Assembly: GCA_965235115.1 (NCBI GenBank)
Contig: OZ249436.1
Span: 34,350,001-34,414,000, forward strand
Length of the DNA stretch: 64,000 bases
DNA from: Laetmonice hystrix
Lineage: Eukaryota
Direction of reading: 5' to 3'
Both the position numbers and the translations under genes were made by a program. Of this stretch, positions 38,975 through 51,466 are shown one piece after another. The number at the start of each line of letters is the position of its first letter. Position 1 is the stretch's first letter. A model generated the notes under the pieces. The model was not told the DNA's origin. It worked only from the letters and a program-made list of their open reading frames with translations, and did no database searches.

Positions 38975-41900
38975 CGCCGCGCCCCAAAACAAGCTTGACC
39001 CGACCCGCGACCGCGAACTTCCATTTGGATCAATTGCGGTGTGGACCTCAAGAACGGGCAGACGGCAAAGACCCTACAACAACTTGGACTTGGGATCGAT
39101 CGTTCGACATGGCGTCTCGAGGGAGGCCTTATACAGACTGACTGTATGGACAGATCCCCAGCCCCTAGATCCTATAACTGTCCCCTAGATGGCCGACCCA
39201 CCTTGACCTGGGCCCAGGCCTAGCCTGCATGTTGGCGCGGTGTATTCACCTAGAGGAATTGAGGGAGGGGGATTGAGGGGAGGGCTTGAACAGGTCCTCG
39301 ATCAGCACCGGGGTAAAATGTTAGGGTCGGGCCTGGGGCTTGCTCACTGTGACCCCTGTCATGGGCCGACCGCGCCCAGTCCAAACCACATGGTTCTTGC
39401 TGGAGAAAATTCTCCGCCAGGAATTGAATAGAAAGACTTAACACATTTTGGAGTTGGTTCGGGACGTTGTGTTAGGTTTCCACCGGGGGCAGGGCCTGTT
39501 CGACCTGAAGGACGAGGTGAATGAATGTGGCACCATTGAGTAGGACCGCGGGGTTGGTGGAAATGGGAGGGGGGCGGGGGGCTGGCCGTTCTCTGGGCTC
39601 CTGCAGGAATTGCTCGACATTTAACACGTTTTGTGCGGCAGCGTAAATTGCCAGCAGGTCCTGGAGGTCCTGTCTCCGATGACACGTTTGGGACTGAGAG
39701 GAGAGGGTCGGCATAACGCACGTGGCGGCTGCCGTTTTAACTTGGTTTTAGCTGCAGGTTCTGCAGGCAGGCAGGGCGGCCACAATTCTATCAGGTCGCC
39801 ATAATCCTACCCTCCCTCCCTCCCATCTCCCGTCTGACGAGTATGTAATGTTGTACCAGTCAGCAGTCCGAAAACTGTCCGAAAACTATAGAGACACTAT
39901 AACGAATCGTTCCACACACTGCTTGGGCCGCTGCACCTCCTCCCAAACCTCATATCGCCCCTCCATGCACCCTATACACCCATCCACATAATGACGTAAT
40001 AGTTTTCCATATGTACTGTATTGTTAGTCAATCATGATGTGAACGCTGTTTTTGTCGAATATGTTTTATATGAAATGAACCGAATGATATTGCAGTAAAA
40101 ACGACATGATAAGCAAAAAGTATACGCGATGGTCTACAGATATTTTGTATGAACGTTTGCTATATGAACATGGATCCAGCCTGTTCAAATACACCCGAAA
40201 TAATGATAATAACAGTAGCAATCACGATGTCGTTTACATTCATCCAAAGACCGACCCTTAATAACAGAACATCAGAGAACCAGATACTATACATTACAGG
40301 GTGGAAGACGAAAAAAAGAAGAATATAACATGCATATCAAATGTGTCCAGGGATTCTGGTTTCAGCTCAATTTCCCTCCCTTCAGTTAGATGGACATGCG
40401 GCCGTTCATTCCTCCCTCATGCTCTTTACGGTTTAAAAAAATCCCAGAACTGTGCTATTCACTCCCACTCAGTGCTATTGCCCCGGTCATTATGTCACTT
40501 AGAGTCACAGAAATGGCCACCGTGCCATTGTCACCCGTCTTGATTCATATGCATTGTATTCTGAAGTAGGAAAAATCGCTGCCAAAATTGACTAAGACAA
40601 TGTTTCGACGAAAGAAAGCGGCGACATTTGCATGAGGTTTGCATACTGTGTTGGAAGCGCGATGTCACGAACACTAACTGGCCTTCACGGTGTGATAAAC
40701 ATCCTGCATGGAAACTTGCATCGCAGACCAAACGACAATGCATCACGGGGCCTTGCCAAGCGGTTATGAATCAGGACTGTTTTGTTTATACAGACATTTG
40801 GGTCAGATCCTCGCGTGCATGCCAATCCAGCGCAACGACACCCCCTCCCCAGCTAGCCGCTCATCCCTTATCCCTCTAATGGGTATAGTGCTCCTAAATA
40901 TATATATCTCACCAAGAATAAGGAGGAAAGAAAGGAACAGCCAACACATTTTCTTGCCCTCAAAAAGCCTTTGAATGTACTCATCCACAACATTTAATAA
41001 CGATACATTCTTGAACCGGCTGCTGATATTACAGTAGTGGACGAGCACTGCGGTGGTTTTTTTTAAAGATAATCCCCTCAGAGAAAGTGTATCGAAATCT
41101 GGATCAATGAATCGCTGGAGTCTGTGCCTGTGTGTAAGACAAAGAAAACGTTGCCACATGAGCGAGCACAAGCAAACGAGGCCAGGGCGGCATGAGAAAC
41201 GAGTGACGGCGGCTAGCGGTTTAAGGGACATTAAAAATGCAAAAATATGAATGAGAGGCCGCCTGTGTGGCGACCATTGGGTTAATCACCTTTGGCAGTA
41301 GACGGGTCGGTCGGCGGAGGTTAATATGGGGAGAACGTCTTGGCAATTAGGCGACATGCGAAGAATAAGTTACGGGTAATATGACAGAGTGTTTCCCCCC
41401 CATCGCGCATCTCTATAGATGCAAAGTGGTGTCGGGAAGCGGGATAGACTAATATCATTTTTGAGCTGCTATAACCGAATCTGTTTACTCAAATGAAGAC
41501 CCGTTAGAGAGGGAGGAGCAGGGAAGGCTCGGCGTGCCCGCGAGTCACGTCCGTCTGCCCTCGTGGTTTTACTCCAGTTGTATTTGGTACTGTTCATCGT
41601 GGCCACCACCTTTTATATAATGTATAGTTCCACTGACGAAGTGATGCTCTACACTGCTCGACCTAGCGTACACACCGAGGGCGGCCCAACCTACTCCTTT
41701 GCCCTCGATCGGCAAGCTTCCAACTGAAGAAAATTATAAAAACCGACTATGTGCTGGCACACCATCAACCAAGGCAAATATTTGAACGGACTGCGAGATG
41801 GCTACCACCAGAGCATACTTCACTGCCGTAAAAGGCATGAGAAAGAAAAGGGGGGCAGTCAATGAGATTTGTATTCAAATTAAAGCGCTCCATGAGCAGC

Positions 41901-44900
41901 CCCCACCCCTATACCCCCTCCCCACCCCAAACCCTCTACCATACCCTTCGTCCCCGCTCATATACACACACACCAGCGCGGGGACGCTAAATTTCAACCA
42001 TTCTGTCGTCAGTGGCAGTATCTTCATGCGACCGATTCAGTCTGACTTGTTCAGCCGCGCATAAATTTGCCGCGTGTGACGTTCTTGCTTATCGTCTGCT
42101 ACAAGATGGGGCCCACAGAGCAGCTTCGCTCTAACGTAACCCGCCTTGTATACTGAACGTATATAGGCAGCAACGGTGGCGGTTGGCGCAAACTGACCTC
42201 ACTCCATTCAGTTGTATGGAATTGTCCGTCCTTTTTTTCGGGTGATGCCTGCTTGTCTAGATAGATACGCCATCTCGAGCAGCCCCCGCCGACAACAATC
42301 GTAGCGACCACGCTATAAGTCCAAACCAAGATGACATTTGCTGTTGCGATAAGAATCTTGGCGGCACGAAGTTTGGGTCTCTCGGATCAGACCCTTCGGG
42401 TCATATTATTGTTTCTCCAATGATAGAAGACGTAATCTGTACTGTTGACTTGTTTCTTTATTCCATCTTATTTGTGGCTTGGCGAGATAGTGTCGGCGCA
42501 AGATGTGATTGAGCACGACCAGCGATAGGTTTATGGGAACCGCGGGGGTGCGGCCTGGGTCGGCCTGGGGTGGATTTGGAAGCGGCGGGGGCAGAAAGTC
42601 GGATTAGGGCCGGGGCCAGCCAAGGCTCATGGCCCGTGCCACGCGCCGTGTGGCGACATGGGGTTGGCCAACCCGGCCCGATAACACGCATCGCACATGG
42701 TAGGTCTAGGGCCAGGCAATCACCGTGCAGAAAGTCGTTTGCGAGGCAAAGTTAGCAGCCAGGAAAGACGAGACTTTATCTGTACTACTGATGCTCCGTG
42801 CGATGACTTTCAGGACCCACGTTCATATATTATTGCACTCAAATACCGTGGTTGGCAGATGACCTGTGGGCCTGCTGTCAAGTGGCCCAGTGGTGGTGTC
42901 GATGATGGGCCGAGGCTGGGGCCACTGGTCACCCGATGGGCGTCAGGGCCAAGCTCCTGGGACTTGCTCCTCTTGCTCTCCTGCTGCCAGGACCCACCCA
43001 GTCGTAAGAGAAGAAAGCAGATGAGGGGGCACCTCACCCCTACCAGCCTGCCCCCCCGGGGGGGGGGGGGGTCCCGTGAGGCCCTGGCCTTGGATTACAT
43101 TGATCGCATCACAGCTTGGCCAAATTACGGCACCAAAGTTGGCAGTCTTGTTTAATGTGGCGTATATTTTGGTGGCCAGATAGCTGTTATTGAACTAGGA
43201 TTGTGGGAGCAAGCAGGCCACAGTCGCCGCGTCCCCAGAGAACCCCGACTCATACACCTTCGGCCCGGACCCACCCCCGTCGTGCTGACCCTTCACTTCA
43301 TATTGTAACGTGCATTAGCAAATGGCATGCTGCAACTAGACAGGCGCATGGAGGGGGCAGGCAGCAGGCACTGCGCCCTGATCACACGGACAGGGACACG
43401 GCCCCAGCTTCTGATCCTTCCTCGCATCCGTGACCCCCTCCCAGGGGCCCGGGCCAACTCTCCCTCCCTCCCCTCCCGCTCACCCCCCACCCTTACCCCC
43501 ACCCCGATTCCGGCCCGTGCAAATCACAGGGAAACCATCTTGCTATCAGAACCTTACGCTGTGTGTTCCGTGCCTCAATGATGAGAGTCGAGATCGAGGC
43601 AATTTCCCGAGTCCAGGAGGTCGTTGACTCGTTCCTCCCCCCGACCCCCCTTCGCCTCAACCCCCCAGCCTCCGGACCCCGGCCTCAGCCTCCGGACCCC
43701 GGGACCAGCTTTTCTCTTCCATCCTCCGCCAAGGGTCCTCATTGCTCAGAAATCACATTATCTTGCGTTGTTGCCTCCGCCAAACTAGCAATCGAGTTGC
43801 CATTAAAGAAAGTGCTCGGTAAAGTGGGGGATCAAGAAGAAATGTAGGGTATGCCATGGCATGACACAATGACATCCCTCCCGTGCCCCTCCTTTTGAAT
43901 GGTCTCGTTTACAGTTGACTGCTTCATAATCTTCTTCACACTTTATCCAGGATTGCATGTTGGGGGGGGGGGGGGGGGGGGGGGGTCCTGCCCGGCTCCA
44001 TGAAGTAATCGCCATGGAAAAGGAGAGTGGCGCCTGCTATTTTATAGAAACTTTTAGCTGCACTCCCCCCTACACTGCATGCCCCTTCTCCCTTGCCCCT
44101 ACACAGCCCACGACCGGGCGACATCCCTTTGCCCTCCATATATTATTTCTAACACCACGCCTGACCACACAACTGATCTCAGTGGGTACAGTGATCTAAT
44201 GTGGTGGAAGTATAGCGTATGAAGGGCTCCAATCAGCTAAGCCGAGGGTGGCTGGTGAAGCGAACTGGGCGGCCGTTCATTCCTGCCCAATCTCACCTCT
44301 AACCTTCACCGTCGGATCCTAGCGTAGAGACCGGGGCGTGGGTCCTGGGTGCCCCCGGCCCACCACCGGATTGCAGGCCGGTTGTAAAGCCATGGCCGCG
44401 CAGGTGGCCCTGGGTCAGAGAGGTGATTGTGCGGGCCAGCCATGTGGGTCCTCCGAATCCAATCTTGGTTGCACCAACTTGGGCAAGTACGATAATCGAT
44501 CGGACCTTGTGCATTAACACCAAGTACAGCGGCGAGCACTCTTTTTTTCCTTGGGTCGGCCTTTCTCGGTTTCTTCTGCTCATGCACTTATTAGAGAGGG
44601 GCTGACCACAGTCCAAGGTGGCCTTAAACCATTGAGGTCGAGCCGTGGGGTGAACGTAATGGCGGTTCCAAACATCCCCTTTCATTGTCCAAATCTGTCC
44701 GTCTCGGCCACACCGAGGCCATTTCTACGTGGCCGGACTCGGCCCGTCTAAGTAGGCAGGCCACGTCCTGGCCGCTGGCTCTGGCACCTGTTACGACCGG
44801 TTAAATCATGCGGTATTGCAGGCATTAGGCGCAGCTGACCGCCAAAGTTTGCGTCTCAGGGGTAACGGGAACCTGCCTTGCCCAGGGGCCGTGACAGAAG

Positions 44901-45005
44901 AGGGCAGAGGAGGGCAGCCAGGCCGCAGTCGGATGCCGAGGGGCTGCGACCTCAGCAGACCCCACCAGTCACACCTCATTCTTAGCCTTATAACTTTACT
45001 TCGCC

Positions 45006-45019
45006 AGGTCATAAGGTCA
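45006..45019 (+). promoter_or_regulatory. Perfect nuclear-receptor DR2 element
   Basis: AGGTCA-TA-AGGTCA. Function is unproven. Confidence 0.45.
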
Positions 45020-47869
45020 ACTCCTTAGAAGGTCCAGCCCACCGCCAAATAAGGAGCCTGTCTTGACCATCAAGGCAAGATCGGCGCGGTTGAAGGACAA
45101 TAGCAGCACATAAAGAATCCCTTGGAAGAATTAACCGCAACATGCTGTGTTGAAGAAATCTGCCCCTAGGGGGGCGGGGAGAGGGAAGGGAGGAGGGGGC
45201 ATGGTTGTGTTTGATAGGTATGGTTTAGTAGACATTGATAAGTTCGCATCACCAGGGCGCTCTAACGGAGCCTTATGTCATGACCTTTACTTGTCTTTTG
45301 AATCCCTGGCCAGTCCGGCGCAGCTCTGCTGGGGCCGTTTGAATGGGACCCAGGAACCATCAGTGGAGAGGGCAGTTTCCCGTAACCTTACCCCCGAGGA
45401 CCTTTAGCCCGCGGTCTAATCTGTTGCCTGCGCCTTCATTGACAAAGCGCCCTGGCAATATCCCATCGTCTCGCCATGCTTCACGTGCCTGTATTGTATA
45501 GCCTGTATGAAACTTGTTAGAGGACGATATAGACGATGTCAATGGCGCGTTAACCGTGGGTGCTATAGCCTTCCATCGGCATTACCTATACACGGCCCCT
45601 TCCCCCCACAAACCGTGTCAACAACGTTAGAATTAATGGTCGCCCCCGTGGAGATTTCCCGGGCCCCTCTGGAAGCTAAGGGACCAAGGTCGAGCGGATG
45701 CAGTCCATCACTGCCCGGACCGGGGCCGACTGAGGGGACCTTGACCAGGGCGCCGGGACCCTGGCCCCGTCAACCCCGGGGACACGACCCCCGCCATCCC
45801 CTCCCTAGTCACCTGTAATGACACCGACACCTTGCACGGTTATCATCAAGCATGTTTGAAGTTGCTCATCTGTTCAAGCAAAGCGCTTTTGTTGGCCCCT
45901 GAACCCTTATCCGTTACCTGCAACAACAGGTCGCACAATGGTCAGAGGAGGCTACACAGTGGTTATAGGAACATCGCCAGGAATTATAGCGGGAAGCTTC
46001 AAATGGCTGCATAATAATGTATGGAATCTATGGAAATATTATAGCAAAAGTATTTAGATACAAGAACACAATACGGATACTTGTAGGCATTATGTATGCA
46101 TACTGTATCCATGAATGATTGAACATACATACATACATCGAATGAACATGGATATAGAATTTATGTGATCTTTATTCTCATTATGCATGAATGCTCATCT
46201 ATGTATATCTACTTATCGATAGGTTTATAAAAAAAACATGTATCATGCATTTCTTGTATCCCTGAATACAAGTATATCTTGGGGTGACTTTCGTAAAGCC
46301 TGCAGCTATAGGCAACAACATGGTCAGTTCTTCTACTTCTTCTACTTGCATTATTCTATTCTTTCCGTTGATATTCCGTTGGTGGGCAGACAGAGAGATG
46401 TCAGAGATGTGTTGAGACCATACCCTCGGGTTGGGAAGGGAGCGATGACCAGCACAACTCGAGCCAAGAGTTCACTGACGTGTCCATGTCGTGTGGACGG
46501 TCCCGACCGGTCGATCTCCGACCCTGTCATCCCCCGGCCTCCACACCCTCTCCACCCCCATGGGGCACAAGACGGACCGTCCACAGATAGTCCGTCTCCC
46601 CTTTTCACCGGCGGCTGATTTTATTGGCATGTAAGTGACACTTATAAGGTGAGATCAGTTCCAAACAACGATAAGCACGGCTAGAAGCCTCTCGGGGTGA
46701 AAACCTATATATGAGAGGCCAAAAGCATGCCAAAGGCAGGCCAAGGCAGGCCAAGGCAGTGGCTCCCTTGATAGGATCCTATGTCGTTTAACACTGTCCT
46801 TCTCCGGTGATGTAATTGAAGATTCGCATGTTGTCGACTCGGTTTCTCCGAATCAAAGCATTTCGTGGTCCGGTTAACACTTTAGCTGCTAACGTACGTA
46901 ATGGCAGCATCGCATGCTATTCAACATTCTAACCGAAAACGGTGCGGAGATTCGCCCCATAGTATAGGGTCCCAGCGATGTGGGCCACCCATGTCAGAGA
47001 GAATGGACACACAGGCAAGGGGCCTGTGTATCCCCTACACAAGAGATTGATGGATATTGCTTGCCTTGGCTGCCATGGAAAGATGGATAGGCGAGCAGAT
47101 TGACGATAGTTGTGCGCGAAAGAAACGAACCTCCTGCACAAGGGCCAACCGCAGAAAAACATCCAAGGACGAAACGGTCCTCTAAACGGACCCCAGTGTG
47201 TGGTATACATTTACCGCAACCGGGTGGTAACCCGCAGGGGGCCATTGCATGTCCAGCACTTCACTGAGAGGGACCCTACCACGATATGGACACTGTTCAT
47301 ACATAGTGTATATAAATACAACATGTACAAACGTCATTAATCGTCGATAATCGCCATAATTCGTAGATTTCACAATCCGAACATATTGGACAGTGCACCA
47401 GCGAGCACTGAATGCAGTTAAACCTTGTATAAATCCCCTTAATCGGATAATCCTTAATCCAGGGACAGTCATCGAGAGGTGGTAACCATTTTCATTCTAT
47501 ATATCCTCTAGGTATCGTAATCTTAATGACATATATTAGGCACTGACGCTGTTTGGAATAGCGAGGTATTAGCTTATTTATATGCTATATGTTGTCCTCA
47601 ATATTCCGTGCACATTATAATATAACATAGCTGTATGAACCAGCAATTGAAGCCAAGGAAAAAAAATGAACTCATCAAGTTCTCATGGACTCATCAATAA
47701 GTCAGAAGATGTCAGGCCGTATAGGTGATGTACATGACAAGCGTCAGTTCCACATGGCCTTTATGACATTAAATATACATTCTTAACACTTCCTGACACT
47801 TCACTGACATCGACCGACTTGCTACTCTACGTTTTTGATTAATTTGCCCCATACTTTAGTTTTCAATGT

Positions 47870-48786
47870 TGAACATAATAATGCCATGTAAACCATCTGA
47901 TACAGACACAAGGGTGAACACAATAATGCCATGTGAACCATCTCAGACAGACACAATGGTGAACATAATAATGCCATGTGAACCATCTCAGACAGACACA
48001 AGGGTGAACATAATAATGCCATGTGAACCATCTCTCAGACAGACACAAGGGTGAACACAATAATGCCATGTGAACCATCTCAGACAGACACAAGGGTGAA
48101 CACAATAATGCCATGTGAACCATCTCAGACAGACACAAGGGTGAACACAATAATGCCATGTGAACCATCTCAGATAGAGACAAGGGGGAACACAATAATG
48201 TCATGTGAACCATCTCAGATAGAGACAAGGGGGAACACAATAATGTCATGTGAACCATCTCAGATAGAGACAAGGGTGAACATAATAATGCCATGTGAAC
48301 CATCTCTCAGACAGACACAAGGGTGAACACAATAATGCCATGTGAACCATCTCTCAGACAGACACAAGAGTGAACATAATAATGCCATGTGAACCATCTC
48401 AGATAGAGACAAGGGGGAACACAATAATGCCATGTGAACCATCTCTCAGACAGACACAAGGGTGAACATAATAATGCCATGTGAACCATCTCAGACAGAC
48501 ACAAGGGTGAACACAATAATGCCATGTGAACCATCTCAGAAAGACACAAGGGTGAACACAATAATGCCATGTGAACCATCTCAGACAGACACAAGGGTGA
48601 ACACAATAATGCCATGTTAACCATCTCTCAGACAGACACAAGGGTGAACACAATAATGCCATTTGAATCATCTCTCAGACAGACACAAGGGTGAACACAA
48701 TAATGCCATTTGAATCATCTCTCAGACAGACACAAGAGTGGACACAATAATGCCATGTTAACCATCTCTCAGACAGACACAAGAGT
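47870..48786. repeat. 45/47-bp minisatellite, about 20 copies
   Basis: Unit GTGAACACAATAATGCCATGTGAACCATCTCAGACAGACACAAGG; some copies carry an extra CT. Confidence 0.96.
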
Positions 48787-48868
48787 ACGTATAGTCCCTA
48801 TGGGGGTTGTTTTTCTGTGATGTACATAAACACCAACCCTGTATTTTACATTCATGATTGTATCGTTC

Positions 48869-48923
48869 GACCGACCGACTGACTCTGACTGACTGACTGA
48901 CTGACTGTCCGTCCGGCTGACTG
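48869..48923. repeat. (GACC)/(GACT)n tetranucleotide microsatellite
   Basis: GACCGACCGACT...GACTGACTGACTGACTG. Confidence 0.85.
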
Positions 48924-50284
48924 ATCCTCACAGGCAACGGTTAGGTAACTCAAAACCTGGCTGAAACCCTCACAAATGCTAATATTCTCAGACATAATTT
49001 ATGCTGTTGCAGTATGTATAGTATGAATTATACATGTTAAGTAACGATATGAACGAGTGAGGAATGCCTATACAGATGGCCTTAGAAACTGAGCAACCAG
49101 AAACCTCATCTGAGTACATAGCTGTTTGGATTTATAATTTATTACAATTTCCTTACACCTGTAGTATATAGAGTGGCTGAGTTGCTGTCTCTGCCACAAT
49201 TTAAGATGCACGATTCAATGGACTATCGTTGTAATTGATATAGACAAGTTATTCTGAGTAGTAGGCCATACCAGGGATACCTCCTCATATTATAATAGTT
49301 TGGCAGTTGAGGGAAAGGTGAGCAAAGGGGAGTTGTTGAGACCTGTCAAGGTTAGGTAGAGAAACAATATAGTACGTTTGTCGGTTTGCTACGTCAGAGC
49401 TGAAAGACGAACGCCAGTAGCCTAGATTATCTGGAGCCCGGACGTATGCAGGGAGTTTCCAAAACGTAACTCCCCACCCCCACCCTGTACCCCCACCCGC
49501 CTCCCCAAGTCTCCCAAGTTGATGCCGCACTGGCGGCCATGGCGAGATCAGGTATCAAGGTCTCCGCCTATAGGAAGGGTAAGATGTAAGGTGGGCCAAG
49601 GGGTGATGGGAGGCCTGCAGGGGAGGTGGGGGAGGAGGAGTAGGAGGGGTGGGGACGCAATGTGGTTGGCCCAGACTTGGCGGTCAGACAACTCCGGCAC
49701 CTGTGTTGCTCATGGGTTTGTGGTCGGTCCGTACCCTGCCCGACCCCAGCCGCCGACCCCGACCAGCATTTCCTCGTGCCGCTACATCGTCTGCGGTTAC
49801 AGCAGACGACCAGCCAAGAACTCGCAGCTTCCCGCCCGATTTGCCCCTCACATAATCGTATAGGCACAGGGGTTGCATGGGAGGGTTGGGGGGTTACACA
49901 TACAACACCAACCACAGTCGGCTGGTAATATGCCCCCATGTCGACTGTCTGGCATGTCCAGGGGCGTTTACGGGGGTTCAGGGTGACTGGGGTGTGCCAT
50001 GAAACCTAGACCTCCCTTCCGGGTAAAGGCGGCTACAGCGGTGGCTGGCAGGAAGGTGCCACGAGATGGTAGGGCCTTGGTAATAGACATGAGATTAGGT
50101 TACGTCATGCATCCTACAACCCACACTACGTATCCGACCCTTCACAGCCTCTCTACATCATCCTACATGGGTGGGTTGGCCAAACTCATTAAAAAGGTCA
50201 GACTAATCGAATGTTCACGTAAGTCTTGAGATGCCAACTTGGATCTCTGCATTCGTTTGAGATAGCGAAGACGTTTCTGGCTTG

Positions 50285-50300
50285 ACACTAGATGGCGCTA
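50285..50300 (+). promoter_or_regulatory. CTCF-like motif
   Basis: ACACTAGATGGCGCTA has one mismatch to the CCASYAGRKGGCRS core. A YY1-like CGCCATTTT lies at 50323-50331. Confidence 0.5.
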
Positions 50301-51417
50301 ACTGCGTTTATGTCCCTCTTCTCGCCATTTTGAAGTGTCTTATTATCCACGGGTTGGAAGTGAAAATAGTTATGTATATTTTGTTGTAACAACTAAAAAT
50401 CAATCTATACCGATTGAAGCGGGTGGAATATTATATTGTAGAAAAATATACGAAAATACATAATTTTTGGGAACAATGACCGCAACACAGTTAAACGTTG
50501 ATAGATTGCGAACGCATTCAGCCATGCATTCTGTCAAAGGGTAGTTTACAGATCACCACAGTAGGCGACAGGCGTTTGAAAGGGTTGAACATTTCGTGAG
50601 TAGACCTCGTCACCCACGGTCAGCCTATTTTCACACATTGACCTTGTGGTTAGGCCCCCGCCAAGTCCCAGGCGACCTGGCCGGTAGAGGTCCTCCATCT
50701 TACTTCTCCCCTTAGTTGTCGTCTGCTCAATCAAATCCATAAAGCTGTTTCAGAAACATCAACAGTAATATTTCACTGACATGCCATAAAAGCTAGGCAA
50801 ACCACAAAATAACACGACCGTTTCAACGTGAGCGTAGTTTAGCAGCGACAATCAAGGCGACTTGAAATCGGTGTCGCATGCTTGGCTTCGCGTTGGCCGC
50901 GGTGTCGCGCTCTAACGATGTGTCTGCACACCATAATGCAATTAGGCTTCTTGCAGACACGCAAAATATTTGTTTAGACTTTTGTAACATTGGAGTCTGT
51001 GAATGACTAGCATCGCGGCCCTTTTACTCCTCTGTCCGTGTTAGTGTACGTTGTCACAGAGATTGATGTATTGAAGCGAACGGAGCAGGTCTGAGTTGCG
51101 AACTGTAATCAGAGATCATTTACCAGGGGTTCATGTGGGGCGGGGGATAGTCGGGGTAGGCATGGAAAAGATTGCCTGGGTCTACGGAGTCGATTAAAGG
51201 AGGAACCTGCAGAAATTATTTCAATTACTAGCAGCAGTTCTGGTTGAAGCCTTTCGTTATAGATAAGACGCAGTGCTTTAAATTCGTGACTTTAAATTTT
51301 GGTATGAAATCGAACTTTAATGCATATTTATTATTCTTCACGTCACAAGAATTTTGAAGAAAGCACCGAGCAAAGTAATTACAAGACGACTCCTAAATAT
51401 ATAGGACTACAAACTGT

Positions 51418-51466
51418 TTGACAATCCTCTACATATTATGTTCTTTTTCTGTCTTTGCAGGTTGGT
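51418..51466 (+). other. Strong 3' splice acceptor
   Basis: TTGAC branch-point-like motif, AG-free zone, then TTCTTTTTCTGTCTTTGCAG|GTTGGT. Confidence 0.45.

Noticed and set aside
38339..39141. PolyQ, polyA, polyL and polyC ORFs
   Set aside because: They come from the CAG microsatellite with frame-breaking interruptions, and no recognisable flanking domain is present.
47822..48671. MVHMALLCSPLCLSE repeat peptides
   Set aside because: They derive from the 45-bp minisatellite and are repeatedly frameshifted by 47-bp units.
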